From Laetmonice hystrix (Eukaryota): a DNA stretch of 64,000 nt. Under the pieces are notes generated by a model. The model ran no database searches. It was not told the origin of the DNA and was given only the letters and a program-made list of their open reading frames with translations. Location of the stretch: positions 3,658,001-3,722,000 of the forward strand of contig OZ249443.1 in NCBI GenBank assembly GCA_965235115.1. Direction: 5' to 3'. The number at the start of each line of letters is the position of its first letter. Position 1 is the stretch's first letter. Position numbers and translations under genes: made by a program. Below are positions 37,151-49,492 of this stretch, piece after piece.

Positions 37151-38829
37151 CTGTAAATTCATTAGAATATCGCGGGGGGATAACCACCATAGTCATAAAA
37201 AATATAGGCAGAATCCGAAAACAGGGTTGCTAAGGTGGATATACCAATCTTTAAACACGCATAATACCCGCCAGAGGTCGGGGAGGAAGACTTTGTTCAC
37301 AGGGGGTTCTAAGAGTTTGTATGAGGTTTGTTTTATTTTTTTTCTGAGACAATGTTAGAGAACAGGTGTAAAAAGTGGGTGTCTTCAAGTGTTGTTTGTT
37401 ACAAGAGAGACTTTCACGAGGTGCTCTGAGAAGGCCACATTCGTCAAGGGTTTGGGGTCTGCCATAGGGTCACCAAGACCAATATGATTGCCCTCCCCCT
37501 ACGAGAACGTCACGACACCTTCATAAATATTGAATAGTATTTATTCATCGTTATGACACTATATGATGACAGCTATAAGGCAGGACATGTAGCCATGATT
37601 CGTTCAGTAGTATAGGTGGGTCATGCAGGTGGCGTATGGACAGTGAGAAACCATGTAGGCGTAAACAAACTCACACTAAGTGAAGCGCTCAAACCAAGCA
37701 ACACGAGAAGTCTATATGTTGGTGTTAATAATTCACGTCGTGACGTTACACAAATGAAGACGAACACCTCACTGATACAAGGTGAATCGTGAGGAGGGCT
37801 ATATTTCTGGAAGAATATGAAAACAAACTCCACACGACCTGGACATTATGAAAGGAGGAGCTTGACTCGTCAATAAGGGACGATTTTCTTGTCTCCGTGA
37901 CGACATTTTGAATGTGGCCCCACGGGAAGGCTGGTGGACAGTTGTTCTCTCAGCGTCCCACTAATGACATTATCGTCACCGTCCACTGAGAGTAGGGTGG
38001 CCGACCACCGAGAAATGATTCCACAGGGACGCACAGATGGACAGACGCCATTACGATCAAACGATCACCTTTGTACTTCAGACAAATTCTCTAAAAGAGA
38101 ACAAAGCAAGCGTTTCTTGCTGTGTCAATGCCAACGAGGCGTCGCGCGCCTACTCGGCAGAGCTCGCCGCAAGTGTAACGTTTCGTCATGTCGCCCAGCT
38201 GCGAGTGAAGAACAAGAACAATTGATGGTTTATCCTTATTAAGTAGATTACCGACATAAATATGTCACTGAATACAGCCTGGACCAAAGTTGTATTTAAC
38301 AAAACACTCCAACAGCGGCGTCATTATAACGTCGCCGTGACGGATGTCACTGATTATGAGAGAAACTCCAGCACAGATCACCAGATTCCCGCCAGAGGCC
38401 GCTCGTCGCTCAAAAAAAGGGTCTGGACACACACCATCATCGGCGCTGATTGGACGAGCGCGGCATCGTGACCTAGAAACCTCGCCCTTGTTCTGGTCCC
38501 CTGCTCTAAATGCCGGCTCGGCAAAGCAAGATTCGGGGGACCCGGCTAGGCCACATCCAAATATGGGTAGTCAGGTCAGAGTGCTGACATCTGGTGGCAT
38601 CAGCCTGCAGATGTCTTTTTGTCCAGCCCGTATATCCTTGCGGATAGGAGGACTGGTGGTCTACACAACCACTGTCAACGTGCCGTGCCGGGGGGGGGGG
38701 CAGAGGGAGCAGCCCCCCCCCCCCCCAGTAACTTTGGAGAAAACCCCCCTTTTCTAAAGCTATTACGACCCAGTTAACCTAATTTATATAGGCCTATGCC
38801 AAGGCCCTTTGCCAACCATCATCATACTC

Positions 38830-38940
38830 ACCAGGTGGCGCCAGTTATTTCCTCAAACTGACACTCACAGCACGTGCCGCTTCGCCCCCCGAAATGGCGG
38901 TTTCGCGGAGCAATACCGGGACTTCCGGCACAGCTCACTC
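38830..38940. promoter_or_regulatory. Promoter or first-exon-like patch
   Basis: YY1-like AAATGGCGG, ETS ACTTCCGG and a GC-rich tract; two minus-strand GTGAGT donors at ~38868 and ~38831. Confidence 0.3.
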
Positions 38941-39164
38941 TCTGTTTGGTGCATCCACCATCATAACTAGGACAACTTAGGTGATGAAAAGGATTAATTG
39001 TGGTGGGTATTTATACGAATGATCTTCGTGGCTTAATCTAGTTGTTGAAATAAACACAATTTGTTTACAGAAATGTTTAATCAAAGAAAGTTTAAAATGT
39101 GTTTGATTTGCAACTCCCCCCCCCCCCCCGCCCCCGACACCGTCAACAACAACATTGGCGAGTC

Positions 39165-39929
39165 GACAGGAGACAGGAGACTGGGGTCAGCAGTAAACGT
39201 TTTGTAAGCGGACATCAGTCATCGACAGCTGACAGGAGACTGGGATCAACAGTAAACACTTTGTAAGCTGACATCAGTCATCGACAGCTGACAGGAGACT
39301 GGGGTCAGCAGTAAACGCGTTGTAAGCTGACATCGGTCATCGACAGCTGACAGGAGACTGGGGTCAACAGTAAACGCTTTGTAAGCTGACATCAGTCATC
39401 GACAGCTGACAGGAGACTGGGGTCAGCAGTAAACGCGTTGTAAGCTGACATCAGTCATCGACAGCTGACAGGAGACTGGGGTCAGCAGTAAACGCTTTGT
39501 GAACTGACATCAGTCATCGACAGCTGACAGGAGACTGGGATCAACAGTAAACGCGTTGTAAGCTGACATCGGTCATCGACAGCTGACAGGAGACTGGGAT
39601 CAACAGTAAACGCGTTGTAAGCTGACATCAGTCATCGACAGCTGACAGGAGACTGGGGTCAGCAGTAAACGCTTTGTAAGCTGACATCAGTCATCGACAG
39701 CTGACAGGAGACTGGGGTCAGCAGTAAACGCTTTGTAAGCTGACATCAGTCATCGACAGCTGACAGGAGACTGGGGTCAGCTGTAAACGCGTTGTAAGCT
39801 GACATCAGTCATCGACAGCTGACAGGAGACTGGGGTCAGCAGTAAACGCTTTGTAAGCTGACATCAGTCATCGACAGCTGACAGGAGACTGGGGTCAGCA
39901 GTAAACGCGTTGTAAGCTGACATCAGTCA
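39165..39929. repeat. 59-bp minisatellite, ~13 copies
   Basis: GACAGGAGACTGGGGTCAGCAGTAAACGCTTTGTAAGCTGACATCAGTCATCGACAGCT. Confidence 0.98.
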
Positions 39930-41565
39930 ATATTTATTCTAAAATCACCCTTTTATTAAAGAGTGTGAATCATTACTACACTAGCTTTGACTTGAAACTT
40001 GTTACAACTTCAAATTTTACTAAAATCATAACTTTTATTAATTGCGATGATGGCCGCCATTTTGGGCTAGGCCTACTTTTCCCCCATGAAGCTTTGCACG
40101 GTATACGAGTGAGGATTTACGGAAATCTTAGGGAACGCGAGTGTGCAACTATCATAATAAATTATTTGATAATTACGTTTTCTCGTTGAAAATATGATAT
40201 ATAAGGAATGCCCAACTCTTCTATCTGGGCGATAGCAGGGCAAACCCCCCCCCCCCCCCCCCTTGTATTAAATTCCCAACATCTCCTCTAAACAGGTGCG
40301 CTAACAAATGGCTTTCACTTAGCAGCAGTCATGTGATCACCCATGGGCCCAGCATATTGACCTTGTTACTCCAATATGGAGGCCTCATATTGTCACATAT
40401 TCTCCAAGACAGACGACGCTGCCCCCACCCCACCCCCAGCCCACTCCCACCCCACCCCCAGCCCACCCCACCCCCACCCCACCCCCAGCCCACTCAGCCA
40501 GCCCACTCGGCCACCCACAGACTGTCGGGGGAGCTGATCTAACATGCGCACACGAGTGCCGGGAGTAACATGGATGAGCGAGTGACAGCGATGTATGACA
40601 TTTAAACTTCTTAAGGGAATAACAAGAATATAATCATTAAAGGGACTAACGAAGTACCACTGTCCTGGTTGTAGCCCTCACGGGTACGGTACACTCGATA
40701 TTTGGTCTAGCAGTCGAATTTTGCAATGAAGTGCCTTGGTGGGTTCGATCATAGTCATGAAGATCTTTCCTTCATTAAACTACGTTGGGTTTGAGCTTCC
40801 TGACTTAACGATATCCGACATAAGACATAGTCCTTAACCAATCGGTGGATGCGTCCATCATCTAGACTAATTAACTGTGCCAATTTTATTAATGAGACTG
40901 GAGTAGTTCCCCCTAGAGATTCCGAGCTCCCAAAGTTATAATCACCTGATCGGGGGCCTTCATATAGGACATATTATAGACTCTACTATTCTTTCATGAC
41001 CTAGGTATAAGGCAGGTGATGTTAAAGGGGCCTAAAATCGCAATAAGGCATGGCCTCAGTGTGCACTTCCTGTGGCATATGGACTCTATCTCGTGCTGTA
41101 TTTTGGAGGGAAGGCTCGAGTACATTATTCCCTAATAACCTGAGAGCTTATAATTATATAGGGCATGAGGCATGAGAGCGTGATAAACGAATACAATATC
41201 TGTGCTAGCGGACTGTTGAAATAATGAATTATGCCATTATAAAAGTTGCTGTATACTTATATTAAAGCATAATGTAATGTCTAGCGGCACCAGGGCGCGT
41301 TATGCTGAAATAAGCCTTTTGTAAATGTGAAGCAATTGGTAGTAAGAAAAAAACTCATATTGTTTGCTGCAAGGTTCTGCTCCAACACGTTGTCCAATCT
41401 CAGTGTGCGAAATACAAAACCTCTCTCCGAATCAGGCGGAGAATACTGAATTCTGATTGGTCAATCGGAACACATGGAGAAGTAGTCTACAAAGGTCGTC
41501 AATTTCACTTTGGTTAGATTGTTTAGGATTGGAGCCGCCCGTGTTACCAATCGTATGCAGTCTTA

Positions 41566-41833
41566 TCGTGAGAATGTTCTATATAGGTAAAGATGTTCCA
41601 CGGCCATTAGACTGCACTATTACCTGTGAAAACATGGATTACGATGAGAATGTTCTCATTATCGGGAGAATGTTCTAGGTAAAGATGTTCCACGGCCATT
41701 AGACTGCACTATTACCTGTGAACACGTGGATTACGATGAGAATTTTCTCATTATCGGGAGAATGTTCTAGGTAAAGATGTTCCACGGCCATTAGACTGCA
41801 CTATTACCTGTGAAAACGTGGATTACGATTACG
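41566..41833. repeat. 92-bp tandem repeat, ~3 copies
   Basis: AGGTAAAGATGTTCCACGG at 41585, 41677 and 41769. Confidence 0.95.
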
Positions 41834-42744
41834 ATCAATCAACACCTGAAATAGATGTAGACTTATAAGTATAAAACGACCAATTTTTTGGCCGAGACAT
41901 CTGGATAAACACGAACCACCTCCAACACTTCTGCACAGTTTAATTTAGCGGGCATAAAAGTTATAGCGAATATCTAATATGTACCATTTAGTAGTTCATA
42001 TTTTAGCAATTAGAAACGATCGGTTTTGGTATGGAAAGCTTTAATTTCATGATCTATACCGGCGCCTATTGTTAGCGTAATGGCACCATCTATAAATTCA
42101 CTAAATTAAATACGTCGCTAAAATTTGTTGTTATACCGTAGACAGCATTGCGTGCTACCAGCGACAAACAACTAGACGGTCACACAAAGCCTCGCTTTGA
42201 CTTGGACTTCCGGTCATGCGTACAAATAGAGTCGTCTTGCTTGTGCAATTTACGGCGTCCATGCAGTGTCTGGAAGTGAGGGCTGGAGATAACTTCACAT
42301 CACGTGTTCAGCCAGCAGATGGCCATTCTCTGTCAGTGCCAGTCGCGGGGTTCATTTTACCATCTGTCACCGACCAATCGGAGGCATGATTGGAGAGGCA
42401 GGCAGAGACTCTGCCAAATCAAAGAGTTAGAACTGAGATCATATTAGGAGTACGGATTATCTAGTATTTAAAGGTATGCCAGGTATGCCGTTACATTCTT
42501 ACGTCGGGCTTTACCATGAATTCCTTATTAGGATCCCTCACATATTACGAGCACCTTTTTTTTAATTAAAAAAAAACAACATATTGACCTTTAGTTGCAT
42601 GTCTTTACTTGACATGCTGAACACGGGGAATGACGTTTAAAGCGACACCTGTCGGTGAGAGCCTGCATCCTGTGTTGAAAACTCTCTCGTCCTTCCAAAG
42701 TGAGCAACATGTTTTTACGATCTTGAGATCCACAGAACGCTCAC

Positions 42745-42839
42745 CTCACGGAGGCGAAGTGAAAACAGAAACACGCGAAATCTTCTCTAATGTGGCAAAA
42801 TTGTTCAGTTTCACGTTCGGAGAAATTAAATCTCAGATC
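42745..42839 (-). CDS. Candidate exon (phase 0 to 2)
   Basis: Acceptor CCCATTTCAACAG|, donor GAG|GTGAGC; open frame DLRFNFSERETEQFCHIREDFACFCFHFASV. Confidence 0.27.
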
Positions 42840-43226
42840 CTGTTGAAATGGGTTGAATGGTTCTCATCCACGCCACCGTTCACCTTTCTTTCTATCAGAA
42901 CGGTCCATGCTCAGCCTCGTTATCAGATTATGTCGGCTGCTTCACTGCTGACGTCACGACCTCAAAGCTTTGTCTCGCCCACGGATCTGTCAGGGTTACT
43001 TCGATGCCTCCCATTTCTCCATGTTTGGTGTGTCATGATTCGGTGTTTTTGAGGCATTAGGATTGACTGCCGTGTGTCGAACATTCCGTCAATGGTCGCT
43101 AGGCGAGCACGGACCAAGAGATCTTTGTGACGTGGTAAGACCTGTCACGTGTCAACGTAATATGATTTCAGTCTCTCCGTGACGTGCCAAACAATGGCAA
43201 TAGAAACGGGTTCGGAGGGACTGTAC

Positions 43227-43296
43227 CTTCACGGCTGATATTCCTTGGTGCATCAATATGTGTAGACAGATGCTGGACACTGTGCTGGCATGATGT
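43227..43296 (-). CDS. Candidate 70-nt exon
   Basis: Acceptor CACTTCTCCTGTTCACTCAG|, donor AAG|GTACAG; two frames are open. Confidence 0.28.
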
Positions 43297-43747
43297 CTGA
43301 GTGAACAGGAGAAGTGAAGAGGTTTGAATGTACTCGATAAAATATGCATCTCGGTTAGCGACGGACGCTTCCCTATTTCCTGTGACATTTCGTCACAGCG
43401 TTTGTTTTGTGAACGTTCGGATGGATCAATATAGCTTTTTATTGATCACTTTAGCCGGAGTTTTATGAGGCACACGGAGAAAATCTAGAGTGGCTGCAGT
43501 TCGGGGCAGCGGAGTCATTAGGCTAAATATAGGCCATCAATTTGGAGAAAAATGTTGGGCGTAGCAGTATGGGCTCGTCATGAGCAAAAGTAATACTTTA
43601 CAAAAGGCAGATATTATTCTGGAGCATTAGTGCTCTTCCTCATTCGTGGCTCAGAGGTCGAGGTTTGCTGGGGGGAGCAAGTATGTCATTGTCCCTGATG
43701 GACCTGGTTTTAACAAGTTAGTTTTTCCTGTCTAAAATTGTCTCCTG

Positions 43748-44709
43748 TAGGATTGAGCGTTTGGAGTCGAGTTCACCATTCCCTCCCCGTGTTTTAGACT
43801 GCAGGATTGAACGTTTGAAGTCGAGTTCACCATTCCCTCCCCGTGATTTAGACTCTAGGATTGAGCGTTTGGAGTCGAGTTCACCATTCCCTCCCCGTGT
43901 TTTAGACTGCAGGATTGAGCGTTTGGAGTCGAGCTCACCATTCCCTCCCCGTGATTTAGACTCTAGGATTGAGCGTTTGGAGTCGAGCTCACCATTCCCT
44001 CCCCGTGATTTAGACTGCAGGATTGAGCGTTTGGAGTCGAGCTCACCATTCCCTCCCCGTGATTTAGACTCTAGGATTGAGCGTTTGGAGTCGAGCTCAC
44101 CATTCCCTCCCCGTGTTTTAGACTCTAGGATTGATCGTTTGGAGTCGAGCTCACCATTCCCTCCCCATGATTTAGACTGCAGGATTGAGCGTTTGAAGTC
44201 GAGCTCACCATTCCCTCCCCGTGATTTAGACTCTAGGATTGAGCGTTTGAAGTCGAGCTCACCATTCCCTCCCCATGATTTAGACTGCAGGATTGATCGT
44301 TTGGAGTCGAGCTCATCATTCCCTCCCCGTGATTTAGACTGCAGGATTGAGCGTTTGAAGTCGAGCTCACCATTCCCTCCCCGTGATTTAGACTCTAGGA
44401 TTGATCGTTTGGAGTCGAGCTCACCATTCCTTCCCCGTGATTTAGACTCTAGGATTGAGCGTTTGGAGTCGAGCTCACCATTCCCTCCCCGTGATTTAGA
44501 CTGCAGGATTGAACGTTTGGAGTCAAGCTCACCATTCCCTCCCCGTGATTTAGACTGCAGGATTGAGCGTTTGGAGTCGAGCTCACCATTCCCTCCCCGT
44601 GATTTAGACTGCAGGATTGAGCGTTTGGGGTCGAGCTCACGATTCCCTCCCCATGTTTTAGACTCTAGAATTGAGCGTTTGGAGTCGAGCTCACCATTCC
44701 CTCCCCGTG
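43748..44709. repeat. 54-bp minisatellite, ~18 copies
   Basis: AGGATTGAGCGTTTGGAGTCGAGCTCACCATTCCCTCCCCGTGATTTAGACT(GC/CT). Confidence 0.98.
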
Positions 44710-45014
44710 CTTTATCTTTGTTTCTTCATTTCTTTCTTTGTTTCTTCATTTCTTCCTTTGCTTCTTCATTTCTTTCTTTGTTTCTTCATTTCTTTCTTTG
44801 TTTCTTCATTTCTTTCTTTGTTTCTTCATTTCTCTCTTTGTTTGCTTGTTTGTATACTCCCTCTTGATTGTTTGCCTCATCCTTTGTTTATTCTTTGCTT
44901 TTCCTTTCTTTCCATCTCTGTTTTTCTTTCTTTCTTTTCTTAATTTTTCTTTCTTTCTTTCTTTCTTTCTTTCTTTTTTTTTTTTCTTTCTTTCTTCTAT
45001 TCTTTCTTTATTTC

Positions 45015-45047
<33 letters not shown>
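44710..45047. repeat. Polypyrimidine low-complexity tract with (TTTC)n
   Basis: CTTCATTTCTTTCTTTGTTT repeats grading into (TTTC)n. Confidence 0.93.
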
Positions 45048-45633
45048 AATAAATGTTATGTTAACTAGAAGAATTCTCTCTCAGATAGAGAGAAGATTGC
45101 TCCGTCATCATGTTCCCTGTGTGGTGGGCCTTGGGAACCGTCCAGATTATGAAAACATAGAGGCCTGGCGGCGGTCAATAACAGAATACACGTAACACAG
45201 ACGTGACGTGTACAGTGATGGTATTGTAACCAGAGAGTGAGCTAATCTCTGTCTCAACATGAGCCACCCTGTCAAGTGATGCTAATTAGATTGGTGTAAT
45301 CGAATCAGTTTTACACAGTGTCAATTCTTACATATGTATAATACGAAGACAGGTTCCATATGTAAATAGAATCGAGGTAATCTAATTATACAAGGGTGAA
45401 CGGAAGCAACAGGATGGTGGCGATGATGATAATAAAAAATAATAAAAGATGGAAATAGTTTTGTTATAACCATAGCTAGCACTGTGATTATAACAAGGGA
45501 TGGAATCCATCCAGACATACTAATCAGACTCTGACATGTGACATGGCAGATTTCATCTCGACTTAATTAAAACGGATTCGGTTTTCTCTCTCCGTGACTT
45601 GACAGTTTATTCGGACTGTTCTGTATTAGCGTG

Positions 45634-46907
45634 TATCTTACACGATCACCCGGCGAGTAGTTCATCCACCATGGATATCTTACACGATCACCCGGCGAGT
45701 AGTTCATCCACCATGGATATCTTACACGATCACCCGGCGAGTAGTTCATCCACCATGGATATCTTACACGATCACCCCGGCGAGTAGTTCATCCACCATG
45801 GATATCTTACACGATCACCCCGGCGAGTAGTTCATCCACCATGGATATCTTACACGATCACCCCGGCGAGTAGTTCATCCACCATGGATATCTTACACGA
45901 TCACCCGGCGAGTAGTTCATCCACCATGGATATCTTACACGATCACCCGGCGAGTAGTTCATCCACCATGGATATCTTACACGATCACCTGGCGAGTAGT
46001 TCATCCACCATGGATATCTTACACGATCACCCGGCGAGTAGTTCATCCACCATGGATATCTTACACGATCACCCAGCGAGTAGTTCATCCACCATGGATA
46101 TCTTACACGATCACCCCGGCGAGTAGTTCATCCACCATGGATATCTTACACGACCACCCGGCGAGTAGTTCATCCACCATGGATATCTTACACGATCACC
46201 CCGGCGAGTAGTTCATCCACCATGGATATCTTACACGATCACCCGGCGAGTAGTTCATCCACCATGGATATCTTACACGATCACCCGGCGAGTAGTTCAT
46301 CCACCATGGATATCTTACACGATCACCCCGGCGAGTAGTTCATCCACCATGGATATCTTACACGATCACCCCGGCGAGTAGTTCATCCACCATGGATATC
46401 TTACACGATCACCCGGCGAGTAGTTCATCCACCATGGATATCTTACACGATCACCCGGCGAGTAGTTCATCCACCATGGATATCTTACACGACCACCCGG
46501 CGAGTAGTTCATCCACCATGGATATCTTACACGATCACCCCGGCGAGTAGTTCATCCACCATGGATATCTTACACGATCACCCCGGCGAGTAGTTCATCC
46601 ACCATGGATATCTTACACGATCACCCGGCGAGTAGTTCATCCACCATGGATATCTTACACGATCACCCCGGCGAGTAGTTCATCCACCATGGATATCTTA
46701 CACGATCACCCGGCGAGTAGTTCATCCACCATGGATATCTTACACGATCACCCGGCGAGTAGTTCATCCACCATGGATATCTTACACGATCACCCGGCGA
46801 GTAGTTCATCCACCATGGATATCTTACACGATCACCCCGGCGAGTAGTTCATCCACCATGGATATCTTACACGATCACCCCGGCGAGTAGTTCATCCACC
46901 ATGGATA
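45634..46907. repeat. 42/43-bp minisatellite, ~30 copies
   Basis: ATCTTACACGATCACCC(C)GGCGAGTAGTTCATCCACCATGGAT. Confidence 0.98.
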
Positions 46908-46997
46908 ACACGCCTCGTGTTTTCACAAACAAGAACCTTGTAAAGCCTTACATTTATATTACATCCTGTTTATTATGAAGTGGCAAGGGGTACTTAC

Positions 46998-47103
46998 AAC
47001 AGCACATAGACAGCAACGGGTAATTAAGGGCATATAGCGAGTGTACTGGTCCATGGACGCTAACAACCAGTGTTTATATTGTGTAACCCTAATTTGTATA
47101 ACT
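46998..47103 (-). CDS. Candidate exon (phase 2 to 0)
   Basis: Acceptor GTCCATTTTTTCAG|, donor GTT|GTAAGT; single open frame VIQIRVTQYKHWLLASMDQYTRYMPLITRCCLCAV. Confidence 0.35.
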
Positions 47104-47924
47104 CTGAAAAAATGGACCTCAAAACGGTGGGGTGGACCCTCCCCCCCTTGCAGGCTGGTCTCCATAGGTGGCCGTACCCCCCCCCCCCCTTGCAGGCGGG
47201 TCTCCGCAGGTGGCCGTACCCCCCCCCCCCACCCCCCCACCCCCACCCCACCTTCCTCAAACCGTCTCTGGTCTGAGAGACATGACTAAGCTTGCTAACA
47301 ACTGTAAGACTGTTAACAAAAGGGGGTTGAGTTGAGGGGGTGGGTGGGGGTGGAGCTGTTGTAGTATAGAACAATAAACATGTATAATTATTGAGACAGC
47401 GTCTTGGCCCAGATTATTTATAGGAACATCCCTTTCAAGTCCCCGGGAGTTACATACATGTATACACGCCCACAGCTGTGGGGGCTGCACATTTAATTGG
47501 CATGATTATAACATTGGCGTTTTTCTCCTACTTATTTATTTGTATAGATTGTGCAGGAAAATGCTGGGCAGCTTTGTGACATTTTTAATAACTACCAACT
47601 GCCTAAAGACAGACAAAGAATTAGTCAGAGCTTGCAGTCGTTATTAGCTACAAAAACCCGACCAACAAAACCTAGGGCGACTTGCATGGTCGGCGGACTG
47701 AAGCATTTATTTGCCGGTGGGAAAGTCTGAATTAAATTGAAATCCATACCAGCTGGCCTGGGGAGGCTATGAACAAATAAACGGACCTCGGATAAATCCT
47801 TTGTATTCTAATATGAGAGAATGACAAGTACGCTGATGTAGTATGGAATTCATCATTGTCTCTGGTTAAAACTGATCTTAATCAGCTGTTTAGGTCCTGG
47901 GACTACGCCCAGACACGTATCTGT

Positions 47925-48430
47925 ATTTACTTAGGTAAGGAAGTATGCATACACGGCCTGTATTTCTATCACTGCCATTCTCCATCGCTTTACTTAGGTA
48001 AGGAAGTATACATACACGGCCTGTAGTTCTATCACTGCCATTCTCCATCGCTTTATTTAGGTAAGGAAGTATACATACACGGCCTGTAGTTCTATCACTG
48101 CCATTCTCCATCGCTTTACTTAGGTAAGGAAGTATACATACACGGCCTGTAGTTCTATCACTGCCATTCTCCATCGCTTTATTTAGGTAAGGAAGTATAC
48201 ATACACGGCCTGTAGTTCTATCACTGCCATTCTCCATCGCTTTATTTAGGTAAGGAAGTATACATACACGGCCTGTAGTTCTATCACTGCCATTCTCCAT
48301 CGCTTTATTTAGGTAAGGAAGTATACATACACGGCCTGTAGTTCTATCACTGCCATTCTCCATCGCTTTACTTAGGTAAGGAAGTATACATACACGGCCT
48401 GTATTTCTATCACTGCCATTCTCCATCGCT
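47925..48430. repeat. 63-bp minisatellite, 8 copies
   Basis: GTAAGGAAGTATACATACACGGCCTGTAGTTCTATCACTGCCATTCTCCATCGCTTTA(T/C)TTAG. Confidence 0.98.
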
Positions 48431-49225
48431 TTCCTTGCCCATTTCATGAATGTTTTTGATTGTTTCATGAAAGTGTTTTAGAGGTAAGTCTTTAATCCTA
48501 TATTATTTCCTCAAAGTAGGCCTACTTTGTTGAGGCAGAATCAGCTTCATCTGAGATATCGTTTAGCTCAGTAATATTCCTCCAGAAAGTCATATCCCGC
48601 TACTAGTTGAAAACTTTGAGAAATTCACATGACTGGAGGTGCAATATATTCTAATCTAGACATGCTTAAAAAATGTTCTATTGAAGGGTCGTCCCCATGG
48701 CAACGTGCCCACGGAATTTGATGGCGGGAAGATCTCGGTATCTGACGTTCTTAGCCTAGTAACCCTATTCCCCATAACCCCGTCCCCTGACCTCGTCACA
48801 GCCCCTATCCCTATAGCCCCTAAAACTTACCCAAAATCTCTGAGATGTTACCACAGGGAAATAGCCATTGAACGACTAAAACTGGTGGTGCCTCTTATTG
48901 ATTATACTACAACTCGGCAGGGGGGGCCACAGGAGACAATTACATTGTGATGCTGAGCTCTGGTATAGTTCTCGTCGCGCTACCTGGTGGTTGAGATTGA
49001 AACCATACTCAGGTTGTATGCGGTCTTCTCCCCGTTCATGGAACATTCGGGGTTGCATGGGATATTCCGATTCAAGATATGGCTCCAATATTTAATATTA
49101 TAAACACAGATTATAAGATTTTCTATAGAGACCCGTCACATCATTTGTATTGACAGTGTCGAAGGCCCTGGACCCAGAGCCAGGACTTTATGAAGGGCGA
49201 GGAAGCGCTCAGAGTCACATTAAAG

Positions 49226-49492
49226 CAAAGACGGATCCAGAGGGGGGGGGGGGGCACAGGGGGCACGTGCCCCCGTTTAGCTTCACTAATTAGGCCTATA
49301 TACACGGTTATAGCCTATTCATTTTAACACTGACACGGTGTATCTCAGGGAAACCCTCGAGCTATTATGTAGGCCTACACCTCTAAAACTCTAATTCAAG
49401 AGCATGAGCTTTGATTAGTAATGCAAACAATCATGAATTGCTTTTCTGTGCCCCCCCCCCCCCCCCTTAGTGAAATCCTGGATCAGCCAGTG
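49226..49492. mobile_element. Degenerate MITE with GGATCCAG-type TIR and subterminal poly-G/poly-C
   Basis: CAAAGACGGATCCAGAG-poly(G)-CACAG ... TGTG-poly(C) ... CTGGATCAGCCAGTG; no clear TSD. Confidence 0.5.
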
